A stretch of 64,000 bases of DNA from positions 326 to 64,325 of the forward strand of contig DASTZC010000281.1 of the NCBI GenBank assembly GCA_035764505.1, written 5' to 3'. A program made the translations under genes and the position numbers. The notes under the pieces were generated by a model. The model ran no database searches. It was not told the DNA's origin and was given only the letters and a program-made list of their open reading frames with translations. The DNA is from Candidatus Polarisedimenticolia bacterium (lineage in GTDB: Bacteria > Acidobacteriota > Polarisedimenticolia > Gp22-AA2 > AA152). Positions 1 through 9,198 of the stretch are shown here, in pieces. Every line of letters begins with the position of its first letter. Positions within the stretch are counted from its first letter, which is position 1.

Positions 1-299
1 TGCGTACTTCCGGTATTCTCGTTCTGGTGGGCGCGGTGCTGTGGATGGTCATCTCCGAGATGGTCCTCGGTGAGGGACGCGGCTCCCAGGTGCGCTTCCT
101 GCTCGGCGCCGGAGTCCTCCTGCTGGCGTCCAGCTTCGCCGTTTCGATGTTTACGCGGGTCAGTAGCAAGATGGCCGGAAAGCGCTGTCCGCGGTGCGGC
201 AAGCCGGTGCAGCAGGGGCACATCTACTGTGCCGACCACCTGAAAGAAGCGGTGAACCAGTTCCGCGACGCCCAGCGGAAGAAAGGCGATCTGGGTTGA
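1..299 (+). CDS. Membrane protein with C-terminal CxxC...C..H zinc-ribbon-like tail. Probably 5'-partial, since the frame stays open to the window edge.
   Basis: ORF track 27..299 has a GTG start but no in-frame stop upstream to position 1. It shows hydrophobic segments followed by CPRCGKP...HIYCADH. Its stop TGA 297-299 overlaps the miaA TTG start. Confidence 0.3.
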   Translation, partial: RTSGILVLVGAVLWMVISEMVLGEGRGSQVRFLLGAGVLLLASSFAVSMFTRVSSKMAGKRCPRCGKPVQQGHIYCADHLKEAVNQFRDAQRKKGDLG

Positions 300-1258
300 G
301 CTCCGGCGCGCCGCCGGAGCGGCCGATCGCCGTCGTTGTCATGGGTCCCACCGCTTCCGGGAAGAGCGAGATCGCGACGGCGCTCGCACGCCGTCTCGGG
401 GGCTGGATTCTCAGCGTCGATTCGATGGCGGTCTATCGCGGGCTGGACATCGGCACGTCGAAGCCGCCCGCGGAGGTCCGCCGGGAGATCCCGCACCGCG
501 GGCTGGATCTGGCCGAGCCGGGAGAAGATTACTCGGTCGGAGATTTCGTGCGCGCCGCGGATGCCGCTCTGGAGGAGATGCGCGCCGCCGGAGTGCTGCC
601 GATCCTGGTGGGCGGGAGCGGCCTTTACCTGCGAGGGATCCTGAAGGGGGTGTCGGAGCTGCCGCGCCGCGACGCGGTGGTGCGGCGGCGGCTGCGGGAA
701 CTGGAGGAGGCCGAGGGGACGGAGGCGCTGCACCGGCTGCTGCAGCGGCAGGACCCGGCTTCAGCACGCCGCATCGCCCCGACCGACCGCCAGAGGGTGG
801 CGCGCGCGCTGGAGCTGGCGGCCTCGGGCGTCACGGATGTCGTCGGCAAGCCGCGCGGCGAATGGCTGGGCCCCGATCGATTCCCCAGCGTCAAGATCGG
901 GCTGCGGCGCGGGCGCGAGGATCTGGCGAGCCGGATCCGGGAGCGGGCGGAAGGGTTTCTCGGGGCGGGAATGCTGGAGGAGACGCGCCGTCTGCTGGCT
1001 CGACCCGGTGCGCCGGGAAACGCCCTGAAGGCGCTCGGCTACCGCGAGCTGGCGGCGCACCTGCGCGGGGAGTGCGACCTGCCGGCGGCCCGTGAGGCGA
1101 TGGTTCGGGCGACCCTGCAGTACGCCAAGCGCCAGATGACCTGGTTCCGCAAGGAGCAGGACGTGCGCTGGTTCGACCTGGAGGGCCCGGCCTCCGCGGC
1201 GGCGCAGCGCATCGGCGATTACGTGGCCGAGCGCATCGGAGATACGAGCCGGGGTTAG
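296..1258 (+). CDS. miaA: tRNA dimethylallyltransferase (MiaA)
   Basis: P-loop GPTASGKS is followed by DSMAVYRGLDIGTSKP, which matches MiaA. The in-frame TTG at 296 gives a short N-terminus before the P-loop; the upstream part of ORF 194..1258 is likely not translated. Confidence 0.85.
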   Translation: MSSGAPPERPIAVVVMGPTASGKSEIATALARRLGGWILSVDSMAVYRGLDIGTSKPPAEVRREIPHRGLDLAEPGEDYSVGDFVRAADAALEEMRAAGVLPILVGGSGLYLRGILKGVSELPRRDAVVRRRLRELEEAEGTEALHRLLQRQDPASARRIAPTDRQRVARALELAASGVTDVVGKPRGEWLGPDRFPSVKIGLRRGREDLASRIRERAEGFLGAGMLEETRRLLARPGAPGNALKALGYRELAAHLRGECDLPAAREAMVRATLQYAKRQMTWFRKEQDVRWFDLEGPASAAAQRIGDYVAERIGDTSRG

Positions 1259-1287
1259 GGCGCCCGGTCGGGCGGGAAGGAGATTCC

Positions 1288-1608
1288 ATGGACCGAGAAG
1301 ACTCGCTGAACATCCAGAACGACTTTTTCAATCAGGCCCGCAAGGAGAAATCGCGCGTCCTGGTGTTTCTCAACAGCGGCAGGAAGATCACCGGGCGCAT
1401 CAAGAGCTTCGACAAGTTCACCGTAATCCTGGAGAGCTCCCAGGGGGAGCAGATGATCTTCAAGCACGCCATCGCCACGGTGAGCAGCAGCAAAACGTTC
1501 GGAAACTTCATCAAGTTCGATCCCGCCTCCGGGCGGCCCAAGGAAGGTCCGCGGGACGCGCCGGCACCGGAAGGGGGCGCGTCGGACGAAGGCCCGCTTC
1601 CCGAGTAG
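1288..1608 (+). CDS. hfq: RNA chaperone Hfq with an extended Gly/Pro-rich C-terminal tail
   Basis: Sm1/Sm2 motifs (VLVFLNSGRKITGRIKSFDKFTVIL...FKHAIATV) are present, and the gene sits directly after miaA in the classic miaA-hfq arrangement. Confidence 0.9.
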   Translation: MDREDSLNIQNDFFNQARKEKSRVLVFLNSGRKITGRIKSFDKFTVILESSQGEQMIFKHAIATVSSSKTFGNFIKFDPASGRPKEGPRDAPAPEGGASDEGPLPE

Positions 1609-1629
1609 GCCTCAGCGTCCGGAGGTCCC

Positions 1630-2217
1630 TTGGGATTCACCGCTGCGAACGTCGTCACCATCGGCCGGATGATTCTGGTCCCCGCCTTCATCATCCTGGT
1701 GGTGTCCAACCAGCCGGGCTGGGCCTTCGGGGTCTTCGCCGCGGCGGGCATCAGCGACGCGCTGGACGGCTTCGTGGCCCGGCGCTTCGGGCGGAGCGCG
1801 CTGGGGGCCTTCCTGGATCCGCTGGCCGACAAGCTCCTGATCACGGCCGCCCTGGTGGTTCTGTCGCTTCCCGACCATCCGGCCAGCTTTCCCGAGTTCA
1901 CCCTGCAGAACCGCTTCCCGATACTCCTGACGATCCTGACGATCAGCCGGGACGTCCTGATCGTTCTGATCGCGCTCGGCATCCATCTCGCCACCGGGCT
2001 CACTCGCTTCCCGCCGACGGTGTACGGCAAGATCACCACGGCGGTACAGGTCGCCACCGTGTCGGTCATCCTGCTCTACAACACCCTCGGGGTGCGCTCC
2101 GAGGTGGTCGTGCCCGGCATGATCCTGCTGACCCTGGGGTGCACGCTGTTCTCGGGGCTGCATTACGTGCCGCATGCGGCGCGGCTGGCAGCCACCGCCT
2201 CGGCTTCCGAGCGCTAG
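1630..2217 (+). CDS. pgsA: CDP-alcohol phosphatidyltransferase (CDP-diacylglycerol-glycerol-3-phosphate 3-phosphatidyltransferase-like)
   Basis: The CDP-OH phosphotransferase signature D-G-x2-AR...G...D-x3-D (ISDALDGFVARRFGRSALGAFLDPLADK) is present, with multiple TM segments and a TTG start. Confidence 0.8.
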   Translation: MGFTAANVVTIGRMILVPAFIILVVSNQPGWAFGVFAAAGISDALDGFVARRFGRSALGAFLDPLADKLLITAALVVLSLPDHPASFPEFTLQNRFPILLTILTISRDVLIVLIALGIHLATGLTRFPPTVYGKITTAVQVATVSVILLYNTLGVRSEVVVPGMILLTLGCTLFSGLHYVPHAARLAATASASER

Positions 2218-2241
2218 CGACACGCCGCTGCAGCGCTGCGA

Positions 2242-3876
2242 TCAGGAGCTCCAGCTCAGCTCGGCCTTGATGTTGATGTTGCGGCGGGGATCGGGAAAGA
2301 GCGCCTCATAGGTGCCGGCCTGCTGGGAGGAGAGGAAAGGAGGAGAGAGCGGCGCCTCGGAAGTGGCGACGACCTCACCCGAAGCATCGGTGAGCGTGAT
2401 CCTGACCTTGATGTCGGCAGCCGGCCCCATCCCGGCGTTGTAGACCGAGCCCTTCACCTTCAGCCTGCCGTCGAGCGTGATTTCGTGGCTGTTCTCCACG
2501 AATTGCAGGTTGGCGCGCGCAATCTCGCGCAGCCGCTCGAGGCGTGGCGCCATCTCGATGGCGCGCGGGTGGCTCTGTCCTTGGGGTGAGTAGACCTCGG
2601 CGCTGGTGGAAAGGATCTTCGTGCCGCTGCCGCCGGTCTCGGCTTCCTCCCGCGGGAGGGGGGAAGCCGCGCCAGACGTGGCCTTCAGGATGGAGGCTTC
2701 CAGCGGCGGCGCGTCGGGTGCCAAACGCGTCTCGCCGTGCGATTGCCGCAGGAAACCCCACAGGGCGATCACCCCAAGAGCGACGATCGGCAGAAGAATC
2801 CAGACCCCCGACCAGGAGCCGGCCCCGGGTGGCATCGCCGCCTCGGGCCTGGCCGGGCGCGCCGGGGGCGTCGGGAGGCCGATGGGCGCGAGCAGCCGGT
2901 CGAGCTCGCGGATCAGCGTATCGTAGTCCTTCGGCCGATCTTCCGGGCGCTTGGCCAGCATCCTTTGGGTCAGCGTGACCAGAGGAACGGGGAGATCGGG
3001 ACTGAACTGCCGCGGCGAGCGGAGCGGCTCGCGCACATGCTTCAGGATGATCGACACGGGAGTGGGGCCGTCGAAGGGGGGACGCCCGGTGACCAGCTCG
3101 TACAGCGTGGCCCCCAGCGAGTAGATGTCGGAGCGCAAATCGGCGGGAGCGCCGGAAGCCTGCTCGGGGGCCAGGTAGTTCGGCGATCCGAGGACCTCTC
3201 CGGTCAGCGTCAGCCCGGAGTCGGCCACGACCATCTTGGCCAGGCCGAAGTCGGTAACCTTGACGACCCCCTCGCGCGTCACCACCAGGTTGCTCGGCTT
3301 GATGTCACGATGAATGATGCCGCGGGCCGCGGCCGCTTTCAGGCCGACCGCCGCCTGGCGGATGAGATCGGACGCCCGCGCCGGGGCGAGCTTCCCTTCT
3401 TCCTTGAGGAGGGCGTCCAGCGGCCGCCCTTCGAGATACTCCATCGCGAAGAAAGGGCGCCCTTCGGCTTCACCGATGTCGTAGATCTGCGTCACATTGG
3501 GATGCGAGAGGGCGGCGACCGCCCGCGCCTCGCGCAGGAAGCGCTCGCAGAACCCCGGCTCCTTGGCCAGCTCCGGCTTGAGGGTCTTCACCGCCACGGC
3601 GCGGTTCAGCCGAACGTCCCAGCCTTGATAGACGATGCCCATTCCGCCGGCGCCGATCAGGCCGCGGATCTCGTAAGGCCCCAGAGTGGCCGGGGCCGCC
3701 GGAAGAGGAGCCGGCTCCGGGAGAGCCGCGCCGCGCGGGGAGTCGATGCGCTGCGTCGCATCGGTCGTGCCGGCGAGCAGCGGAAACTCGCGCCCGCAGG
3801 AGGCGCAGGTTGCCGCACTCCGGGAGGTCGGAAGCTCCTGGGTGCTGCGGCAGTAGGGGCAGCGGATGAGGGCCAT
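2242..3876 (-). CDS. Ser/Thr protein kinase with N-terminal zinc ribbon, Pro-rich linker, one TM segment and an extracytoplasmic C-terminal domain
   Basis: It has CPYCR...CASCG at the N-terminus. Hanks kinase motifs are present: GAGGMGIVY, VAVK, HRDIKPSNL, DFGLAK and APE. Confidence 0.85.
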   Translation of the reverse strand: MALIRCPYCRSTQELPTSRSAATCASCGREFPLLAGTTDATQRIDSPRGAALPEPAPLPAAPATLGPYEIRGLIGAGGMGIVYQGWDVRLNRAVAVKTLKPELAKEPGFCERFLREARAVAALSHPNVTQIYDIGEAEGRPFFAMEYLEGRPLDALLKEEGKLAPARASDLIRQAAVGLKAAAARGIIHRDIKPSNLVVTREGVVKVTDFGLAKMVVADSGLTLTGEVLGSPNYLAPEQASGAPADLRSDIYSLGATLYELVTGRPPFDGPTPVSIILKHVREPLRSPRQFSPDLPVPLVTLTQRMLAKRPEDRPKDYDTLIRELDRLLAPIGLPTPPARPARPEAAMPPGAGSWSGVWILLPIVALGVIALWGFLRQSHGETRLAPDAPPLEASILKATSGAASPLPREEAETGGSGTKILSTSAEVYSPQGQSHPRAIEMAPRLERLREIARANLQFVENSHEITLDGRLKVKGSVYNAGMGPAADIKVRITLTDASGEVVATSEAPLSPPFLSSQQAGTYEALFPDPRRNINIKAELSWSS

Positions 3877-3987
3877 CCCACCTCCGTTACGACTTCGTAA
3901 TCACGGGCGCACGGACCCCGGGGCCGGAGCGCCGGGCCTGGATGGAATCTAGGCGTCGTCGAGGGGAAGTCAAACCGGAACAGGAGG

Positions 3988-5481
3988 TCAGCCGCCGAAG
4001 ATCCCCTTCAGGATCCCCTTCTTGGATTCGGGGTGCAGCGCCTGGAGAGCGGTCTCGTTGGAGGGATCCCAGCCCAGCGCTTTCTGCAGGAACTCGTCGC
4101 CTCGCGCGGTCTGGCCCAGCTTGCGGTAGAGCAGGCCGAGCAGGGCGTAATTCTCGGCGCAGGTGGGGTTCAGCTCGATGGCCTTGATGAAGTTCTGTTC
4201 CGCTTCCCGGCGCAGCCGCGGATTGCGACTCTGCGTGATGGCCAGGTAGCGGCGGTACTCCTCGCGCGCGGGGTCTTGCTCGACCGCATGCGCGAAGCAC
4301 GACAAGGCCCGGCTCATCTCGCTGCGCTCCAGGTGCGCCTTGCCGTGCAGGAAGTTCTGGCGCGCCAGATCGCTCGAGGAAGTCTCGGGACCTGTCTTGA
4401 CGGCCACGGGCTGCAGGACCTGGTCGTATTCCTGGCGGCTCTCGGGCTTGGACAGCGTTGCGTAGGCCTCGGTGATGGCGGCGAACAGCTTCTCGGCCCG
4501 ATGCTTGGTCTCCTCTTCCGCGAACTTGTCGGGGTGCAGGCGCTTCGCCAGAGAATAATAGGCGTGCCGGATCTCGGATTCGGAGGCTCCGGATTGTATC
4601 CCGAGGATCTGATAGAGATTCTGCCCCGTCAGTGCGGCGAAACGCTCCAGTACCTCCTCCACCGGCCCCGCGGGTCGCGTGGCTTTGGCGGGTGACGGAC
4701 GCTGGGCAGGTCGCACGCGCACCGGAGCATCGGCGGCGACCGGGCGGGTCGGACCGGGCACGCCGGGCTCGCTTTCGGCGCCGTCCAGGCTGAGCAGTCC
4801 CGAGAGGATCAAGGCGCACAGCGCCCGTTCCGTCTCCTCGCTTCCGAGGGGACTCATGAGCGCGATCTCGCGCACCGTCAGGGTTCCATCGGCGCGCGAC
4901 ACGAGGAACCCCTCGGCGGGCGACAGCGGAACCTGATCTAGCGGCAGCGGGGGAGCGGTGTTCAGCCGGACGCGCGAGTCGCCCTCCCCCAGGGCGGACT
5001 TGAGACGATTCAAGTCGGTCGCCTGCCGCGCCAGGTCGAGGATGGCGATCCCGAGGCTGACGCCGGCGTCGTCGGGGTCGGAGAAAGGAAGCTCCCCTTC
5101 CTGGTACTCGTAGGCGGCGTCTTCCCAGCGCGAGGCAGACAGGAGGACTCTCTGGATCATCTCCCGCACCATCGCCTTGTGCTCGTCCGCGCTCAGGAAC
5201 CCGAGGCGCACCAGGGCGGACCCCAGCAGCTCGCTGGACTGCTTGGCGGCGGTGGCGCGGCGCATCTGGTCGGGATTGAAGCGCCCTTTCTGCTTGAGGT
5301 GCTCGCTGAGGCTCTCCGCCATGAGGTTCGAGGCGGCGTAGCGGATCGTCCGTCCCTTGTCGATGAACAGCTGCCTCACGGTCGATCCACGCGAGATCTT
5401 CAGGGCGCCGGAGCGCCCGAGGCGCAGGATCCGCCCGAGCGCCAGGACCAGGCTCTGCTCCGCGAGCTTGCCGCCGGCCAC
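3988..5481 (-). CDS. DUF4388 (PATAN-like) domain protein with central J-domain and C-terminal TPR repeats
   Basis: The N-terminus resembles that of the 7024..8979 protein (LKISRGSTVRQLFIDKG...). The J-domain YQILGI...HPDK is present, and the C-terminal region is TPR-like. Confidence 0.7.
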   Translation of the reverse strand: MAGGKLAEQSLVLALGRILRLGRSGALKISRGSTVRQLFIDKGRTIRYAASNLMAESLSEHLKQKGRFNPDQMRRATAAKQSSELLGSALVRLGFLSADEHKAMVREMIQRVLLSASRWEDAAYEYQEGELPFSDPDDAGVSLGIAILDLARQATDLNRLKSALGEGDSRVRLNTAPPLPLDQVPLSPAEGFLVSRADGTLTVREIALMSPLGSEETERALCALILSGLLSLDGAESEPGVPGPTRPVAADAPVRVRPAQRPSPAKATRPAGPVEEVLERFAALTGQNLYQILGIQSGASESEIRHAYYSLAKRLHPDKFAEEETKHRAEKLFAAITEAYATLSKPESRQEYDQVLQPVAVKTGPETSSSDLARQNFLHGKAHLERSEMSRALSCFAHAVEQDPAREEYRRYLAITQSRNPRLRREAEQNFIKAIELNPTCAENYALLGLLYRKLGQTARGDEFLQKALGWDPSNETALQALHPESKKGILKGIFGG

Positions 5482-5482
5482 C

Positions 5483-6976
5483 TCAGTGGCTCTCCGCGAA
5501 CTGCTGGACCAGGCGATCCATCCATCCCTGCTGCAGGGTGGCGAAGCTCTCGCGGGTCGCTGCGGCCAGCGCCTCCTCGTCCGGCTCTCCCTGCTTCATC
5601 CGATCCAACGTCTCGAGGATCACCTCGAAAGGATAGCGGTCGACGAGGTAGCGGGTGAAGGAGAGCGCCGACGGATAGCTGAAGTTGTCGTACCAGGATT
5701 TCCCCTGGGTCGCCGCCAGGTCGCGCGCCAGGGTGCGCTCCTCGCCGGCGGAGATCGCCTTTCCTTCGCTGATCTGGGCCAGTCCCTCCTGCAGCCAGCG
5801 AGGGGCATTGCCGCCGCTCTTGCCCGCCACGAAGGCGTGCGTCAGCTCGTGAACCAACACGGCCCGCAGCGGCGGGGACAGGCTCTTCACGCCGCCGAGG
5901 GGAATGCGGATCTTGCCGTCGAACAGTCCCGCGACGTTCGCCGGCTCCAGCGTCACTTCGTGGAACTGCCGGGACGGATAGAAGATGGCGACCACGGGCG
6001 CGGAGGGGGCGAACTGATAGCGGCTCGAGAGATCGGAATAATCCTCCTCGAGGGCGTCGCGCAAGGAGGAAGCCAGCCCCTCGGACACCGGACCGGATCC
6101 GTCGTAGCGGAACGTGAAATGGGGCGATTCCTTGCGTGCGTACTCGCCGCCGACGGAGAACTCGCGGCGCGCCTTCTCCAGCCGGGCCGCGACGCGCGGA
6201 TCGTCGAGCAGCGACAGGGAGAGCTCCCATTCCTCGATCGCCTCGCGCAGGCTTTCCTGCTCGTAGTGGACCTCGCCGAGCAGGTAGTGCAGCGACGGGT
6301 CCCTGGGAAAGGCCACCAGGCCTTCCTCGATCTGGGCCCGGGCGTACTGGTCCTTGCCCGCTCGCAAGTAGGCGGCCGACAGCCCGATGAGCGCCGGCAG
6401 GCAGCGCGAATCGTAGGTCAGGGCTTCGCCGAACCGTCCCTGCGCCGTCGCCAGGTCGTTACGATCGGCCGCCTCGCGTCCCAGGAGCGTCAGGACCAGC
6501 GCCGCCTGGCGGGAAGCCTGCTCGCGATCGGCGGAGGTGGAGCCGGCGGCGCGCTTCAGCTTTTCGGCGAGCTTCTCCAGATCGGCGGGCGACATCTCCT
6601 CCAGGTCGTCCTCATCGAGCGTCTCCACCTTGGGTGCGGCAGGGGGTCTGGCGTTGCCGTGCGTGCGCGCCGGCGGGATGGGCGGAGTCGCCGCGCGTGG
6701 CGACGGGGGCGGCACGGGCGCCGGGGAGGCCGGCGTGGCCGGCGCGGGGCTCGAGCTCTTGGCGGCGCTCGAAGCCGGAGCGGGGGTTGCCTCCACGGTC
6801 TTCTCGACGCGCTCCAGGAGCGACTTCGGGACGGTCACGCTGCCGCCGGCGATCTCGAAGATCAGGTTGTCGCCGCGGATTTCCCAGGACTCGACCTTCA
6901 GGCTGCGTCCATCTTTGAGGTGCAGGATGTCGGCCCATGCCGCGGCGGGAAACAGGAGGAGGCAGGCGGAAAGCAA
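5483..6976 (-). CDS. Secreted TPR-repeat protein with HExxH (MA-type metallopeptidase-like) motif. The start is uncertain.
   Basis: It has a signal-like LLLSACLLLFPAAAWA, TPR-like repeats and VLVHELTHAF. The ATG-initiated ORF runs to 7168 and would overlap the upstream gene by 144 nt. An in-frame TTG at 6976 is the nearest non-overlapping start. Confidence 0.5.
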   Translation of the reverse strand: MLSACLLLFPAAAWADILHLKDGRSLKVESWEIRGDNLIFEIAGGSVTVPKSLLERVEKTVEATPAPASSAAKSSSPAPATPASPAPVPPPSPRAATPPIPPARTHGNARPPAAPKVETLDEDDLEEMSPADLEKLAEKLKRAAGSTSADREQASRQAALVLTLLGREAADRNDLATAQGRFGEALTYDSRCLPALIGLSAAYLRAGKDQYARAQIEEGLVAFPRDPSLHYLLGEVHYEQESLREAIEEWELSLSLLDDPRVAARLEKARREFSVGGEYARKESPHFTFRYDGSGPVSEGLASSLRDALEEDYSDLSSRYQFAPSAPVVAIFYPSRQFHEVTLEPANVAGLFDGKIRIPLGGVKSLSPPLRAVLVHELTHAFVAGKSGGNAPRWLQEGLAQISEGKAISAGEERTLARDLAATQGKSWYDNFSYPSALSFTRYLVDRYPFEVILETLDRMKQGEPDEEALAAATRESFATLQQGWMDRLVQQFAESH

Positions 6977-7023
6977 CAGATTTCGCGCGCACCCCGGTCC
7001 GCCCTGTGGCGCGGCGGGCGGCG

Positions 7024-8979
7024 TCAATTGCCCTCCGTCGCGGTGATCCGGCGCAGCGCGATGACCACGGGATGGATGCCGCCTTCCGCCAGGACCGGGG
7101 GAATGGCTGCCGCGGCGCGCTCGGCCTGGTCGATGGAGGGGTAGAAGCCGAAGCAGAGGCGGAAACACGACCGTCCCTGCAGCAGAAACGGAGTCACGAA
7201 GAACGGATCGTCGGGGTGCGTGCCGCGTGCCGCCTTGCGCAGCGACTCCTCCTGGCAGGCGATGGCAATCTGCAGGGTGAATGATTCGGCGTGGGGGCGG
7301 AGCGCCTGCGAGAAGGAGCGCGCCGCCGCCGCATGCTCGCCGGCATCCAGCTGTGCCCGGGCCTTGGCCCAGGCAGCGGATGTCACGGCACCGGCGCGCG
7401 GCGCCTCGACGCCGGGTGAGGATGCAGGAGACGCCGCCGGCACGGGTGGCGAAGCCGCCGAAGAGGCTGGGTGAGGCGCGGTCGTTTCGACGGGCGTGGC
7501 GGGGGAAGTCTCGACGGGAGCGCTTTCGGGCGTGCCGGCACCCGGCTCAGAGGTCTCGGCGGAGGGCGCCGCATCGGTGGCGCCCGAAGGTGGAGTCTGT
7601 GCCTGGGCCGTGGCTTCCTGCGGAGTCCCGGAGGGCGCCGAGGAGACATCCTCCGGGCTCGCCTCGGGAGCGGCGGTCTCGCTCGGCGGCGCCGTTTCGC
7701 TCACACCCGCGGTATCGGAGGCGCGGGCGGGAGCGCGGAGGAACACGAACCAGTAGGAAATCAGCGCCAGTAGGACGACGCCGCTCAGGATCGACAGAAC
7801 GGTCCAGGGCCGGGAAGGCTCGCTGCGCGGCAGGTGCGCGGTCCGCAGGATGGGCACCTCTTCGCCGATCGGCTCGAGGGGGAAGCTTGCCGCTGCCGGG
7901 TGTGGAGCCTCCGGGGCCGTTTCCTCTTCCGCAGAGCTCGCCGAAGCAGCGCCCTGCTCGTCCTGAGCCGAAGAAGCGGACATGGAGAACGCGCTTTCGG
8001 CAGGCATGTCGCGAATCGAGGATGCGGCCGGGTGTGAAGTCAGCGGCGGCGGCAAAGGATCCCTCCTGGACGGCTCAGGGGGAGCCACGACATCACTCAT
8101 CGGCGCTTCAGCGTCTTCGGGGTCATCGCGTATCGAGACGACGCGGATTGGCTCGGCCCCGGAAGAAGCTTCGGACGGGTACGGCTCCGGAGACGGCCTT
8201 GCGGCGGACAGCATCGCCTCGGCGTCCTCCGAAACCGCAACGGCTGCCGCTTCCGGCGTCTCTTCCACCGGAGGGTGCTCGGGGGTCAGCCGTCCCAGCA
8301 ACGACAAGCCGTAGACAATCTTGCTGGCGGAGAAATCGTCCAGTCCCGCCGCCTGTCCGAAATCCCGGATCGCCATGGGATGCGGGAAGTGATCGATCAG
8401 CTCCTTCCATCGCCGCGGCAGGGGCGCGGTGTCGGCGCCGTTCCCGCCCGTCGCAGGGACATAGACGGTGTCCGGGGCTCCCACCTCGAGCAGCACGAAG
8501 CTCCGATCCGTCAAATCTCGGATCAGATCGAGCAGCAGCTCGCGAGTGTCGACGTTCAGCGAGGTGATCTCGCGCGGGAAGAAGCCCTCCTGGGTTTCGT
8601 AGCCGGCATCGGTGAGCGGCAGCACGCTGCCGACGATCTGCCGCAGCTGCTGGCGCGCGCCGGCGAACAGCTCGCCGCTGGTCAGGAAGCCCATCTGGAC
8701 CAGGACGCGGGCCAGCGAGACGCCCGGCCGCGTCGATTTGCGCGCCAGGTCCATTTGCTCCGGCTTCAACTTTCCGGCACGGATCAGGATCGGCGCGAGA
8801 TGGTCCGCCTGGTCGTTGGAGGATGCCATGGCGATCTCACCGCCCTGGAAATAGAGAAGCTTGAGTAGCGCCCCGCGGGACAGGCGCAGGGTTCCGTCGA
8901 ATCGATTGCGGTGCAGGCGGGCGAGCAGCCGCGGGCAGGAGATCTCGGAGAGAGTGCCCGACTTCTTCACCGTTTCCAT
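7024..8979 (-). CDS. DUF4388 (PATAN-like) domain protein with long Pro/Ala/Ser/Glu-rich linker, one TM segment and C-terminal periplasmic domain
   Basis: The N-terminus CPRLLARLHRNRFDGTLRLSRGALLKLLYFQGGEI is paralogous to the 3988..5481 N-terminus. The protein shows low-complexity acidic/Pro repeats followed by a hydrophobic helix. Confidence 0.6.
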   Translation of the reverse strand: METVKKSGTLSEISCPRLLARLHRNRFDGTLRLSRGALLKLLYFQGGEIAMASSNDQADHLAPILIRAGKLKPEQMDLARKSTRPGVSLARVLVQMGFLTSGELFAGARQQLRQIVGSVLPLTDAGYETQEGFFPREITSLNVDTRELLLDLIRDLTDRSFVLLEVGAPDTVYVPATGGNGADTAPLPRRWKELIDHFPHPMAIRDFGQAAGLDDFSASKIVYGLSLLGRLTPEHPPVEETPEAAAVAVSEDAEAMLSAARPSPEPYPSEASSGAEPIRVVSIRDDPEDAEAPMSDVVAPPEPSRRDPLPPPLTSHPAASSIRDMPAESAFSMSASSAQDEQGAASASSAEEETAPEAPHPAAASFPLEPIGEEVPILRTAHLPRSEPSRPWTVLSILSGVVLLALISYWFVFLRAPARASDTAGVSETAPPSETAAPEASPEDVSSAPSGTPQEATAQAQTPPSGATDAAPSAETSEPGAGTPESAPVETSPATPVETTAPHPASSAASPPVPAASPASSPGVEAPRAGAVTSAAWAKARAQLDAGEHAAAARSFSQALRPHAESFTLQIAIACQEESLRKAARGTHPDDPFFVTPFLLQGRSCFRLCFGFYPSIDQAERAAAAIPPVLAEGGIHPVVIALRRITATEGN

Positions 8980-9198
8980 CGATCGCAGGTCCTCGGGATG
9001 GAACGCGACCGCCGCGGCAGGAAAGGGGGCTGGTCGTTCACTACCCGGGAAGTATAGTGTCGCCTCCAGGGGGTGTCAACCGTTCCGCGGCGACGGCCCG
9101 GTTCTGATAAGTGATGAGGACACAGTAAGTTCTAACAGTTTCGTCATGGTAGAATCCGGAGCGAACGAGACGACCTGCGAGCGCTCGAAAGGACCAGG

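Noticed and set aside
224-1331. Multiple 89-169-aa ORFs on the minus strand and in alternative plus frames overlapping miaA (224..733, 411..767, 625..894, 761..1060, 891..1331).
   Set aside because: They are antisense to or out of frame with a gene carrying clear MiaA motifs. Their translations are Arg/Pro/Ala/Gly-rich low-complexity, typical of spurious ORFs in 70% GC DNA.
1332-2223. ORFs 1332..2069 (-) and 1612..2223 (-) antisense to hfq and pgsA.
   Set aside because: They overlap conserved genes on the opposite strand and have no recognisable motifs.
5357-8567. Long ORFs 5357..7144 (+, 595 aa), 7281..8567 (+, 428 aa) and 5400..6230 (-).
   Set aside because: They are mirror-frame artefacts of the minus-strand TPR/HExxH and DUF4388 genes. 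Their products are Arg/Gly/Pro-rich and have no domains.
8980-9198. Possible NAD+ riboswitch (nadA motif) upstream of nadB.
   Set aside because: The 5' UTR left after a plausible -10 (TAGAAT at about 9105) is only about 80 nt. I could not recognise the tandem conserved domains of the nadA motif by eye. It is left as an ordinary promoter region.
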